A stretch of DNA of 64,000 nucleotides from Amoebidium appalachense. Taxonomy: Eukaryota; Protista; Ichthyosporea. A model generated the notes under the pieces. The model saw nothing but the letters and a program-made list of their open reading frames with translations, was not told the DNA's origin and ran no database searches. Made by a program: the position numbers and the translations under genes. The stretch lies in NCBI GenBank assembly GCA_963693365.1, contig CAVNZM010000003.1:15049143-15113142 (forward strand), written 5' to 3'. Positions 28,301 through 42,009 of this stretch are shown one piece after another; within the stretch, counting starts at the first letter, position 1, and each line of letters starts with the position of its first letter.

Positions 28301-31300
28301 TTTGCCTCTCCCAGGGCATCAAGGCCAGCTATGCTCCGGTGGACTGCCCTCAACTGAACGGCTATGTTGAACGACGTATGCGGTTCCTCCAAGAGATTGT
28401 CCGTTGCCTCCTCCATCAAGTCCAAGATCAGTCTCTGTCTCCCAAACTGTGGGCTGAGGCCCTCCAACATGCCGCCTACATCATCAACGTCACCCCGTCC
28501 ACGACTGCCAATGGTCGTACACCATTCGAGGTTTTCTACGGTGTCAAGCCCGACATCTCCGAGCTCAAAGTGTTCGGTTGCCCTGCCTACACTCACGTGC
28601 CAGCCTCTAAACGGAACAAGCTGGCCCCCACCGTCAAACTCGGCATGTATATCGGCTATGATCTTCAATCACACTGCCACCGGATCTTCAATGCCACCAC
28701 CCATCGTGTCGGCCTCTTCCGTGATGTGATTTTCGACGAATCAGCTTATCTCCCGTCCGACATTCCATCAACCCTTCCGACCCCCGACACCACTGCTACC
28801 TCGACCACCCCACCCCCCACAGTTGACACTGAAGATGATGTTTGTCTGGTGTACTCTGGCCCCCCTCCTGCCATCGTCGTTCCCCCGACACCCCCCCCCC
28901 ACCGGCCCCCCTGCCCCCGTGCCCGTCCAGCCTGCCGACCCTCATCCTGGCCCTGGCAACGTCACACCCATCCGACCCGGCTCCCCCGACAACTTCCACT
29001 CGGCCCCGTCCAGCCCGGAGGTTGCCCCCCCTGCACTTCCGAACTTCCAAGTTCCCCCCCCACCGTCTCCACCTACCCCGGTTCCTGCACCCCGTCGTTC
29101 TGCCCGTCTCCAGGGCAAGGTTGGACTTCAAGCCACCACCACCCTGCCAGTCCCCCCCGGTCCCCCCATCAACATCGACCAACTACCCAAACTTGTCCGT
29201 CAACTTTGTTCCGGACCCAATGGTGATCAGGTCAAGTCAGCCCTGACTGCTGAGTATCAAGCCTTCGTCGACAAAGACATCTTTGAACTTGTTGACCCTC
29301 CCCCTGGTGCTAACATCGTCGGCTTCAAGTGGATTGTCTCCGAGAAAACTCTCAACTCGGCTGGTGACACCAAGATCAAGGCACGTGGTGTTGCTTAAGG
29401 CTTCAGTCAGCAATACGGTGTTGACTATGAGTTGATTGAGAGCCCTGTCATCCGTCCGGCTGCTCTCCGTGCCATCCTAGCTCTGGCCGTTGTTGAAGGT
29501 CATGACATACATCAACTCGACGTGTCTACGGCCTTTCTCAACAGCCCACTCACCGAGACCATCTACATGAAACAACCCCCGGGATTCATCACCATGGCCA
29601 CACTTGGCAAGGTCTGGAGACTCAAGAAAGCCCTGTACGGCCTCAAGCAAGCCTCCAAGGCTTGGTACGACTTCCTCGACGGCATTCTTCTTGCCCATGG
29701 CCTGACCCGTACTAAGACCGACCCGTGCATCTACCTCCGGTTCTTCCCCAACAACGATGTGGTACGGGCTGGTAACTACGTCGATGACTCCACCATCACC
29801 AACACCCGGGGTTCTACTGCTGCCAGTGACCTGGCTGCCCACATCAGCAAGATGGCCAGCTGTCGTATGAGTCCATTTGACCGTATGCTCGGTGTTGATT
29901 TTAATCACTCTGATCCCCATCACCTCCACATGCACCAGAGGTCTTACATCATGGATATCATCCACGACTTCAACCTCACCGATGCCAAGTCCAAGTCTAC
30001 CCCCATCCCTGCAGGCACCACCGTCTCCCTGGCTGATTGCCCCCCCCAACCGTTCACCGTGCCCTACCGTGAGTTACTCGGCCGTCTCCTCTGGGTGGCA
30101 CGGTGCACACGTCCCGACATTGCCTATGCCATCGGCTTCCTTGGTCGGTTCAGCACCAACCCCGGCAAGACTCACTGGGACCTTCTCCGTCGTGTGGCCC
30201 GGTACCTGCTCGGCACCATTGACCTTGGCATTGACTACAAGTACTCGGCCACCCAGTCCCCCATACTCGAATGCTACACGGATGCTGACTTTGCTGGTTG
30301 TGCCGACAGCAAGAAGTCTACCACCGGCTACATTATCGTGTTTGCTGGTATGCCCGTCATCTGGTACTCCAAGCTCCAGCCCATCACGGCCACCAGCACC
30401 ACTGAAGCTGAGCTGATTGCTCTCAATGCTGGCACCCAAGAAGTTGCTTGGGTCCGTGACCTCTTCAAGGAACTCGGCTGTCCCATGCTTGCTCCGACTC
30501 CGGTGTACTGTGACAACCAGTCGACCATTGCCATCGTCAACTCCACCGGCATCAAGCACCGTACCAAACACATTGCCGTCCGGTATCACAACACCAAGGA
30601 CTACATTGCCAGTGGGGACGTGGTTGTCCACTACGTTGAGTCAGCCCACAACTTAGCTGACATACTCACCAAACCCCTCCCCGGCCCGAGTCATGTCCAC
30701 CATCGTGCTCGACTTTGTTTACCGGATATTGTGGATTGACCCGACCTACTTCAAGAGTGATTTTCTCATGTGTACTACTTACTTTATCAACATCATTATA
30801 TCATATGTATTGCCTTTGTGGGTATGCCCACTTAGGGTTTATATATAAGGTTTGACCTGTACCATCACTCTACTCTATCTTTCACTGGTTTAAAACCCAG
30901 TTAATCAAACACCGCCTATACACGTTATATATATTCGTTGTTTTTGCCCCGGTTCCTTCCCCCCCCCCCCCTCCCCCCCCCCCCCTTCCCCCCCCCCCTT
31001 CCCCCCCCCTTCCCCCCCCCCCCCCCCCCCCCCCTTCCTCCCCCCCCCCCCCCCCCCCCCGGGAAAAGTACACACTTTAATTTTTTTTTTTTCCGTTTCT
31101 GTTCTCAAGTGGGGAGATTTCACTAGTTCAGTGGGGATATGATAACACAAACTTCAAAGTCTTAAGTGGGGATGTTGTAATACGTAGTATTTACATATGG
31201 TAAGATCTTCTCAGTTTGTGTTATGTTTCAGTTCATATGCTTAATGTAAATGCCACACTCCTATTATGTAAAGTGTAGCATCGATCTCCGATATGCTTGT

Positions 31301-32097
31301 ATACTTGTAATCGTGTTGTATCGGCTTTAATCGTGTATTGTAATATCGATTAGAATATTTATATGTGTGTACACGGATCCACCCACTCAGGGAGAGACGT
31401 GTACATGTTCGTGTGTACATAAATATCTCTGGTTATAGTTATGCTATTACTATCTTGTTTGTTGATCTGTGCTCTCTTTTCCTTCCTCTTTCTCCTTCCT
31501 TATTTTCTTTTCTTTCTCTCCTTGTCTTCATGTGTATAATCGTATTTCTTTTCTACTAATATATGTTAGGTAGATTTGTGTTACTTAATACGTGTTCATT
31601 GGACGGTAACACACTTAGGCTACACTTAGAATAGCATGTGTGTTTAGACTTCATTAATTCACTTTAGTTTTCATGTGTTGCCGGGCTTTAACCAATCATC
31701 AAGGTTAAGTGTGATATGTCTGAGTCTTTGCAGTATGTCATAGGTTAGAACTTCCTTGATGATGACACGAGTTGATCCTAACTAGTGTCTGTGTCCTATC
31801 GTGTACGCCTCCGCGTACCGGATCTCTCTGAAAGCAATTGGTTCTTAGTGATTGGTTTCTATTAGAGATGGATCTGATTTCCGACTGGTCGGAAATCATG
31901 TATGGATTGGACTTAGAGGAATTTCAGGTATTTATTCGAAGATCAGAATAAATTCAGTTCAGTCGTGTCTAAACATTGATGTCTGTTGTGTACACTGCTC
32001 CGATCGTTCCGTGTTTTGTTGTTGTGTGTGTCTGTGGTGTTTTCACACTGCACCACTGTGTCTCTGCTTACATCCCAAATACTTATAGAAATTAACA
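25345..32097 (+). mobile_element. Full-length Ty1/Copia LTR retrotransposon
   Basis: 925-bp LTRs at 25345-26269 and 31173-32097 with one mismatch noticed. TSD GTATT. PBS GGTTATGCAGCCC at 26270. Purine-rich PPT just before 31173. Confidence 0.97.
26332..30739 (+). CDS. Copia Gag-Pol polyprotein (gag, zinc knuckle, PR, INT, RT, RNase H), interrupted
   Basis: Motifs CSYCHEPDHTIIDC, WDSGC, WHHRLGH...CHGC, DSGSEF, NGYVER, QLDVSTAFLN, YVDD, YTDADFAG and ADILTKPL. Frameshift in poly-C near 28890 and in-frame TAA at 29396-29398. Confidence 0.95.
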
Positions 32098-32351
32098 GTA
32101 TTTCGATCTCTTTCCCAGACAAAACAGTGGTTCGCCGTGATTTCAACGACCGCCCAAAGCTCGCCAGGGCCAATGATAGGCGGCGGCCGCACATATGCAT
32201 CGCATGGTATGCAAAGGACTCATGTGGCCGACTATGTCGATAAACGAGCAGAAACATACGAAGGCCCCAACTAGTTCGAAGCAGTCTTGTATAGCTAGTT
32301 TTTACATCCTAGTCATATAGGCAGGTTGAATGCATATTAAACCCACCGATC

Positions 32352-32801
32352 ATGACCAAGCCAGTAGTCCAGGTGCAGGCAGCTGCACTTGGGGCGTTGA
32401 ATAGTGCACTGCACACAGTAAATGAGGCCACAGACAAGTTTCAGGAAACTACCCAAGAAGCCCAAGCAATCATTTCTGAGGGTTTTGTAAACGCAAACAA
32501 CACAATCAACAACGCAACCACACGTGCAATTGCACAAGCCGAAACGGCAAAAGCACAATTGCGCTCGCACATGGAGAGTTTAGAGAGCCGCAGAGCCCCC
32601 ACACGCGCGGAATCGCTGAGTCTTTTCCGTGTGAGTTACGGTAATGGTTTGGAGCTTGATGAAACCCTGAATACGGATTTGTATGAGGCGAAGGGGGAGG
32701 GGTTGCCTCTTACTCGTGTAGGTGTGTGGTGCCAAATTCGTGGTGTGAGAGTAAGGTGTGAGGGAGCAGAAAGACTAGTACGTCCTTGTTTGTATGAGTT
32801 G

Positions 32802-32835
<34 letters not shown>

Positions 32836-32858
32836 CTTTTTTGGTTTGGTCCCCTTGA
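32352..32858 (+). CDS. Unknown helical / coiled-coil-like ORF carried inside the TIR element
   Basis: ATG-initiated 168-codon ORF with an Ala/Thr/Gln/Asn-rich amphipathic N-terminal ~85 aa. The 3' end runs into (TG)n and may be spliced. Confidence 0.5.
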
Positions 32859-33014
32859 AAAAAATTAGTATGTTTTTATTATTATTTGAATCAAATACTT
32901 ATTGATTTCCTCTATATTTACTTATTTAGCGGGTTGGGGAGGAGGGGAGGGGGGGGTGGGGGGGGGGGGACTTGATGTACTAAATGCTAGACTTTCAAGT
33001 ATTGATTTAGATTT

Positions 33015-33131
<117 letters not shown>

Positions 33132-33398
33132 CACACACACACACATAGGCTTTCACGCTTTCAGCTTCTTTTTTTTTTTTTTTTTTTCAAAGTTTCTTTT
33201 TTTCTTCCCGAATTTCCCTTTTTTTTTTTTCCACCATCTCAAAAAGGAACTAGTATAAGTATTCTTTGTTTATTCATTCATTAAATTTTGATCAATTTAT
33301 TATTTGTTTACTACTATATTTATGTCATTTAGCGGTTTGCGGATTCCCCCGCCCGATGGAGAGGCCCAGTGTGGCCTCCTGGGCGGGGCGGGAGGGGC

Positions 33399-33429
<31 letters not shown>

Positions 33430-34855
33430 GGGGTTAACATAATCGAGACGGGCTCTGGGAGCCTATTTTTAGATACTAATTAAAATTTAACATAACGACC
33501 TCGACCCTTGTCAGGGCGGTATGTTATGCGTGGACGCATACTGTACCCAACCCAACCCCAAAACAAGGATATGAACCGCCACTGACGTTGCCCTGTAGAT
33601 GCACCTCTGCCCCCGTCCACAACCTGCACCCAAAACCCCATGCCCCTGGCACAATGTTATATCGAGTGGAACATAGCAACAGACATGATAACAGACACCA
33701 TCCATACAACCACACTCAGCATGCCCCATCCACAAAGAATTCCTAGCAAAACCTAACATGCCACTGACGAACACCTCCAGACTCATGTGGCGTACACCTC
33801 CAGACTCTCTTGCTGGCCATTCCTCTACCCGACAAAGACTCCTACTACGTAGGTCCCGGTGGTTTGGGAATGCCTCCGCCCCAACCGTGCCCTACCCAGC
33901 GGTGTGTCTAAGGCCTACTGCTGCACTGGGCACCACAACACTACTCAACAACACTACGGGCAGCCACTCCAAAGGGCCTCAACACCAGGCCCAGGGCAGC
34001 CACTCCAAGGGGCCTCAGCACCAGGCCCTTTGACGACGGGGGTTCACAACAGTGGGGGCCTGCCACTGCCATGACTACACTTCGACCCCCCCCCAGCCCC
34101 CTCGTCAGAGGGCCGAGCTCCCAGACAGCAGCAGGACTTTCTATTCCACTGACCCTAACCGCACACGTCGCCAACACAGGACTCATACACACGTCGAAAA
34201 CGCCAGGCACCAGTAGAAAACTCGCCGAAAAATAACACCACACAATAGTTACTCCCATACAAACAACAACCCAAGAGATCTAGACGGCCTACCCCCTAAT
34301 AAAACCTTCATACCAGCAACACGGTCACCGACATCCCTGCCCCCCACGACCGGGCTGTTTACACCACGCGTTGCCCCCGCTCCTTGCAGTTGTCGCAGGT
34401 GCACACCTGGGAAAGAGCCTGGCGCCGGCTCTTGCTGTCCCGCCCAAAGACGCTAGCCTGGCCCATCTGTTATCCCGTTGTGGCCGTGGCTGGTAGGGCT
34501 GGCAGTAGCGCCGTGGGGAGGGTGACCGCCGCCGGTCCCCTCTGAGGCCTCTGCTGGGCAAACGGCCCTGAGCTTGCTAAGTCACCTAGGGAGGTCAAGG
34601 TCCTTAGCGAGGACTAAGTCCCCTGTGATACTAGTCCTACTGCTCATGTTGCCTATGCCAACTGTTGCTAGCTGTAGGTCTGTGTGTGCGTATGTTTCTT
34701 CTACCTCTAACCGTCGAAAAAGGCCTAAGACAAAACCACTCATAACCGCTAGGCGTGAAAAAAAAAAAAACTAGGGGTGAAAGCAACAGCCCAGAAGGAC
34801 TAACAGTGCGTGTGCCCCCTCCCTGCAAAAAACTGCAGAGAAAGGGGGTGTAGCT

Positions 34856-35462
34856 TGTCGTACCTACAAACAGAGTGTATACAAACTACTCTAACTATCT
34901 GCACGCTTAAAGGGGCTCGAAACTGTGTATACGTATAAACTTTTCTTTGAGTTGGGTGGGAAGCGAGTTTTTTCGTGTTCTTAGAAGAACTTCGAAAAGC
35001 CCGCGACCCCGCGAGACACTTCACAGACACGCGGCCCACTGGCCAGACAAATACCACAGTGACATTCAGCCAATCACAACACTCCCTCCCCCACAGGCTA
35101 CACGCACTCCACACCATTGGCTACCGCCATCTCAGACACCCCTACAGCACTACAACACGTACACACCTTACTCACAATACATATAAGCATACACACACGC
35201 GAGCAGGCAACATGGGTCTCGCCAAGCACACAGCAAGAAGCAATACAACATTTAACATGGAGAGTACGCAGAGGCGTGGAGCATGCACGCGCGCAGCTTT
35301 AACAATCAGCCGCCGCCGCATCAGGTTCTTCCCATACCACTGATTAATCTCCTCATACCCCACTTAGACCCCGGCATCACTATGCAAGAAAACCCCCGAA
35401 ATTCACTCACCAAAACACAAAATATAGAAGCAAACTAATACGAATCAGCTCAGCACATGACA
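34856..35462 (-). repeat. Shared middle LTR of the tandem non-autonomous element
   Basis: Has a PBS-position motif on the left (34844-34855) and a PPT on the right (35463-35471). Confidence 0.92.
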
Positions 35463-36720
35463 ACTCCCCCCTCACACAGAAAATAACTGAGTTCCACCTC
35501 AGTAAAAACTACCTAAAAACAAAATAAAGTTATGTGCTGAGCGACTACAACTACCGCTAACCATGCAGGAAGCAGCATATAACATATAACATAAAACATA
35601 TACATGCATCCACGCACCACCCCAGCATGGTTAGTACCCAACCCAACCCCAAAACAAGGATATGAACCGCCACTGACTGTCGTATCCTAATATATGTGTA
35701 CTAGAGACGCGGCACTCTACTAAGTGTACACACACGAAAAGGAACGAACGTGTACAGAAAAACGGTAAAGTTTATTAAGACCAGGCTCCGACGGGCAAAA
35801 CTTAGATCCGTACGGATTGAGTCTAAGTTACGACTGAGGCCATCAAGGCCGTGCCCTCAAAGATCATCATCACCTGGCCCCCTACGATGCCACATTCCAT
35901 TAACATTCCGATCTACTTTTATCGTGCGCCTGCACGAGCTAAGTCGATCTACTCAACTAATATATTTATCCAAGTCTCACCCCTCACCCTCCCCCTAGTG
36001 GCACCGCAGAGTCTAAATCTACATTTCATACTATCCTCCCCCCCCCCTCCCTCCCCCCCTTTCCTCTATATCTACATATATAAATACGTTTGGCAACATA
36101 TACTATCAAACCTTGCCAATCCTTACAAAAGGGCTTCTGCCCGAACAATCACATTCCTAAGTCCTCCTACGATCTATCCTACACACTAATTAGAATTCTA
36201 TTGGACGGCTGTCCCGGCTGACGTGGTCCAATGCCCTGCGCCGGCAGAGGCAAGATGCACGCAGCTGTTCAGCTATCTTGAGGCCCCGGACTTGATCTTG
36301 ATGATCTGTGGACCCGGGCCACCCCCCCCCCCCCCCCCCCCCGATCTCGATCGTAGACTTAGGCTAATCTGCTGAGACGGATTAGTATATGTCAACTCCC
36401 CCCCCCGGCCCCCGGAAAAGCTGAGTCCCACCTCAGTCACATTACATCTAACACCCCCTAAAAAGACATAGACTAATCAGTCTCCCAAAAAAAAAAAAAA
36501 ATTAAATAAATAAATTACGAAGAAAAATAATAAATTAATCTACACCATAAGCTTGATACCTACGGAGACACCTATGATAATAAATTAAATTCCTACGACT
36601 ACGTTCACACTCCCTCCTCGGTCTCCTCCCCCCCCTCCCCCTCCCCCCGTGTGTCTACGTGTATTTGCATCACTCCCCCCCCCCCGGCCCCCTCCCCCCA
36701 CCGACTTTTTCACACCACGA

Positions 36721-39700
36721 TTAAACTGAGGAATAACTCTCTTCAAAGTTTGGCCGAGAGGGAGCACTAGGCAACTCCCTCTGCACTAATCTAGCCTCAT
36801 AAGCACGAATAGAAAACGGGCAATCCAAATGAAACTCAGGCAACCACTGATCTTCCTGATAACCTCCCTCAAAACGAATTAAATAATAATTTACCTTACC
36901 TTCCTTACCTTCGATAACCTTTTTATCCATAATTTTATCTACTGCAGCCTCCGATACATCCACCGACCCGTCATAGTCGGGGGTGAATGCATCTAACACT
37001 CGACGGCCCTCCGGCCGTTTAACCCTAAGGGCCCTATCATAATATTCCTTTATATTATCTACATTATAAAATCTAACATCACTCTCATTATCTAACCTCT
37101 GCACCTTATATTCCGTCGGACCTAACCTAGCCACTATTTTATACGGGCCAATGAAAAGAGGCAACCATTTCTTACCATACTTACGAAGACCTTCACCTTC
37201 ACCCTTACCTTCCTGCTCCTGCTTATATCTCTTTTTCCTAGTATGATCCCTAATTAAAACTAAAGTACCCTCGGCAAATTCACGTAACGGATGTGTGGAC
37301 ACGTCTGCACGTGTCTGTGCCTGCTGTGTACGGGCCAGAGCTGCATCACGTGCAGCCCGGGCCCGGGTTAGTAGCTGCTCCCGGAACTCAGTCCAGTGGG
37401 GATAAGTTAGTCGGTCAGCCCCCGCCCCCCATCGGCAAAAGTGCCGTATCTAACAAACTAATAGCCTCCTGCCCATAGACCAAATAAAACGGAGAAAAAC
37501 CAGTCACAGCATGAGGGGTAGAATTATATGAATGAGCAATAAACCTAGACATATGATCCCAATCATTAGCCTCCACATCCACCATTTTGCCAAAGGACAT
37601 CTGAAACACTGCATGCACACGTTCAGAGATGGCATTTGCTTGAGGGTGATATGCAGACGTAGTGATATGAGCTACCCTTAAAATTTTACACACCTCCGAC
37701 ACCAACTGATTTAAAAACACACGACTCCTATCCGTTAACAAAACACGAGGACAACCAAACCTAAGACAAATTTCATCCACAAAAATACGAGCAAACAAAA
37801 CGGCATTAGCAGTGGGGAGAGGAAAAACTTCAACCCAACGAGTGGCCACATCGGTGACGGTAACAAGAACAGTGTTACCCGCAACCGTAGAATTAAAAGG
37901 ACCGACCACATCCACTGCTACCCTTTCAAACATACGAACATTAAAATCCCTAATAAACGACGGGCGGGAACGAGAGTGGGGACTCTCATTCCTTTCCTGA
38001 CAATGCATGCATGACAACACATAATCCCTCACCTCCCTACTCATACCCGGCCAAAAATACGAACGATTAACACGAAGCAACGTCCTATTTACACCTAAAT
38101 GACCAGCCATGGGATGCTCATGCACCATATGCAAAACCTCAGGCACAAGTGCCGTCGGGACCCAAACTCGGTGTCCGTCTGGCCCAGAACAATGATAAAC
38201 TAAATCCTGCTCTACCTGACACATTTTTGCTAACTTAGCTACCTTAATCATCTGCCTTTTATTTTTAAATTTAATCGAATCAACCGGCCCCTTTAAATAA
38301 TTCTTAACCAGACCAATCAACACATCTTCCTCCTGAGCTAAGATCAAAGCCGTAGGTGCTAAGGCAGGGGCCGAGCCATGAGACTCGGTCCCGACCTCAG
38401 ACACAGACAAATACCTCCCCCCCCCTCCCCTACACTGATAAGCAAGCAACCCCGGAACCCAAGAAGACACATCAACAGACACAGCATCTATTCCTTTCTG
38501 CTCACTCTCCCCCCCCCCCTTCCCCCCCCTCCCCCCCCGTCTCTCACTATCCCCCCCTCCCCCTCCTTCTCTTCTTCAAACAAAATATAAGCAGCACGAG
38601 AGAGAGCATCACAGTCAACCATTGTTTCACCCTTGGCATAAAACAATTTATAGGAGAACTCACCGAGAGCCGCGGCCCACTTCTGCATCCTCTCGTTGAC
38701 CAGACGAGTGGTGCCGGCCATGGCTAGGCAGGGCTTGTGGTCGGTGTAGACCTCAAACGTCCTGCCTGCGAGTATATACCTCCATGCCTGTGAGACTGCC
38801 CAAAAGATAGCATGGGACTCTCTCTCCGGATTGCTATATCTACGTTCACTTTTACTAAATGAACGACTAGCATAAGCAATCACTCTATCCTGCCCCTCCT
38901 GCACTTGATATAACACGGCCCCCTCAGCAACCTTACTTGCATCACACCGAACTTTAAACATTCCCCCCCCGGCCGAAAAATCAGGATGAACAAGCATACT
39001 CGAAGACTGCAAAGCTAACTTAAGCTTTTCGAAAGCAGAAACAGCATCAACATTCCAATCTATTCTATTCTTCTTCTCCCCCCCCGTCTGACTAGTTAAC
39101 GGCAAAGCAAGCATACTGTAATCCTTAATATAACGACGAAGATAATTAGTTAAACCTAAAAATTGCCTTAGTTGAGTGACAGTCTGAGGACGGGGCCACT
39201 CAACTATGGCCCGGATTTTCTCCGGATCAGGGGCAAGACCATTACTAGACACAATATGACCTAAAAACTTAACCTCCGGCACACCAATCACAGTCTTGCT
39301 ACCGCTAATACGAAGACCAGACTCACCCAAAGCTAAAAATACTTTTTCACAATTATTAACTAACTCCTCAAATGACCTACCTTTAATTAAAACATCATCC
39401 AAATAAGGGTGGCATACATCCAAATGAGGGTGGAGAATTTTATACATTACCCGGCACAACATAGCTGGAGAGGAGAGCAAACCCATCGGCACCACCTTGT
39501 ACTGGAACAGCTGGTCCCCCAGTGCAAAGGCAGTCTTCTCCTTGCTGCTCTCCTCCAACCTTATCTGCCAAAAAGCTGCTTTTAAATCAAGTTTAGCAAA
39601 GTGAGTATAGCCGTGCAGCTGTGAAAGCTGCTCGTCTATGTTAGGGAGAGGCCATTGGTCTGCCTTAGTGATCCGATTCAGAGCCCTGTAATCGTTCACT

Positions 39701-41508
39701 AGACGCCAAGACCCGTCGGGCTTCTTAACCAATAGCACCGGACTTCTCCACGGACTCGAACTATGCTCCACATGACCCTTTTTTAACATATCACTCACTA
39801 TTATTAGCGCATCCGACAATTTATACTGCTCCATTCTATAGCTAGGCATCACTACCGGCCTATTATCACCTGTGTCGATCTGCATTTCAAACCCTTTAAC
39901 GAAGCCTACTTCGGTATCATCGGCCAGAAATGCAAACCGGGTCCTATCAAATAACTTAGCTAGCGATTTTTTTCTGTTCTACCGTCCAATCCCCCTCCTT
40001 CATACCAAACGGCAATACTAACTCCGGGTTACCCCCATCACAAGTGGATGCATCCTTATTCACCGGAGTGCCACTTAACATTTCACCTCCTGTATTACAT
40101 CGGTGCTGCTCGGGGTGAGGTGGAGGTACCTCCGGATATAGGCGGTCACCCTTAGCACCCCCCCTCCCCCCGGCACACCAATGCCCCCGGGCAATTCCTG
40201 ATGAGTTAGTGCATGTATGTGGGGGGCCAGGTCTGTGGCCACCCTGCCCCCCACGGTGTTGGTTAACCCGTCAGATCCACGGGTTAGACCAACACCCTCC
40301 CCCCCTGCCTGCACATTCTCACACCCGGGGTGACCCTCCTTCCTCTTGGGGGTCGGGGGAGTGGGACCGGTGCTGTCCCGGTCCCCCCCCCCATCGTGTC
40401 GGGTGACATTTTGGTGGCTAACGTTAAATAAAGTTGTTCCCCCTCCTCCTGAGTCACCCTTCGACCCGGCATCCTCCTTTTGGGTAATAAGAGAGACCTC
40501 TATACTACCAATCTCATTAGTGAAACTACCGACGGAAACACCTGACCTAATCACTATAGGCTCGATGCCCGGATTCACTAATTCTATTTCTATTGTCTTA
40601 TCCGGCCATACCCTACTAAGGGTCCATTGGGCCACCTCCTGAAATGGGGTTTTCGGAGTAAAAACCCCTAAATCCCCTATCCTAACATGATTGCCGGCTC
40701 GGACACGTACCATTTGGCACTGATAAGGCTCGATTACTACTTCAGCTACCGTTCTAGCACCAGACTGATAACCGTCGAGCCCATCATGGGTTTTAATTTT
40801 AACGCCGGACTGCAATTCTAAAACATTCGTACGTTCAAACAAAGCATTCACATGTCTACGGAAAAATGGGGCTCCCAACAAAACACTTTGAGCTAAATCC
40901 TTAACCACATAACAAGCAATATGCATAGCCTGGCCACCTATCTCACACGGCAACACACAAACACCTTCCACAGACATACTACTATTATTAGCACTACCTA
41001 GGGCTGTGCTAGAAGCATCTAAAATAGGAATTTCCCCCCCGGCCTGATTAAAACGACGAATAAACGAAGCATGCACACAATTAACCTGAGCCCCTCCATC
41101 GAGCAAAGCAACAGCCTTCGACTTACCATCAGCTAACCATACGTCTATATAATGCCGGCTAAAACCAACTAAATCCTCCTCCAATTCAAGCAACACATCA
41201 TCACTCACACCCAATCCCTGCCCACGAAGACTCACACCCTCGATACCTACGTGCAACATACCTACCTGTGGTGCCTGCACGGGTGGGGTGGGGAGTGTAT
41301 GTGATGTGGGTGGTGGTGGAGTGTGTGTGTGTGGTGTGTGGGTGGGTGGTGTGTGTGTGTTTGGTGTATGTGTGGGTGTGTGTGTGGGTGTAGGTGTGTC
41401 TGCAACCGTCGTATGTTGTTGTGGTGGTGTGTTTCTACGTGTCTGTGCCTTCCCCCCCCTTCCCCCTTTACTCGTGTGTGTCCCCCCCCCTCCCGGAAAC
41501 AATGGCAC
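36721..41508 (-). CDS. Gypsy Pol: aspartic protease, RT, RNase H, integrase and C-terminal chromodomain (frameshifted)
   Basis: Motifs LLDGGA; SPVLLVKKPDGSWRLVNDYRALN, YLDD; CDAS, YTDHKP; HEHPMAGHLG...CMHC, VAVDVVGP, AYHPQANAISER; FIGPYKI; VDKIMDKK...YYLIRFEGGYQEDQWLPEFHL. Several frame breaks, some at poly-G/C runs. Confidence 0.95.
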
Positions 41509-41845
41509 AGAAACCCCCCTCCGGTGTGGTTAGAATAAACACCGGGTTGGGACAAGAAACACTGAGACCATCCACTTGTGGCTGGGGAACCTCCCCCCAA
41601 CCACAAAACATTCACACCATTCATACCTTTGGTAGAGTCACCCCACAAACATTCATGCCATACCACCTCGACGCTGTCTTGAGGACCCACGACGATGCCC
41701 GGCTCCCACACGTATCGGGGCGGTGAGGGGGCAAAGGGAAGCTTAACCTGGGGTGGGGGAGGGTGAAGGTTCTCTGCAACCTGGGGGGGACCGATACTGT
41801 CCCCCCCCCTCCCTCAGTGACCCCAGCTTCCCCCTCCCCCGGAAC

Positions 41846-41990
41846 TCAATAGCTCTTGTAACTACGGCAATATGCAGCAGAGTGCCCTTGCCGGCCACAA
41901 AAGTAACATGCACCAAAGAAGGGGCCAGGGGGGACTTCAAAACTTTGGCGCAAAGCATAACCGGGAGCCCGGTCATGCTGGGGGGGCCCA
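41846..41990 (-). CDS. Gypsy gag C-terminal piece containing the zinc knuckle
   Basis: GPPQHDRAPG...CYFCGRQGHSAAYC...stop. This continues the RGG tract interrupted at 60697. Confidence 0.85.
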
Positions 41991-42009
41991 CCGTCATCAG
42001 CAATCTTGT

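Noticed and set aside
27781-28668. Antisense ORFs within the Copia (also 29477-30631) and Gypsy gag (61141-61803)
   Set aside because: These are shadows of biased codon usage on the coding strand.
34325-34561. 78-aa ORF in the non-autonomous internal region (copy at 63488-63724)
   Set aside because: Short and R/P-rich, with only a broken knuckle-like CDNCKERG in another frame; at most a gag relic.
36721-41846. Programmed frameshifts in Gypsy pol
   Set aside because: Several breaks lie at or near long G/C homopolymers where sequencing error is likely, so they cannot be interpreted without reads.
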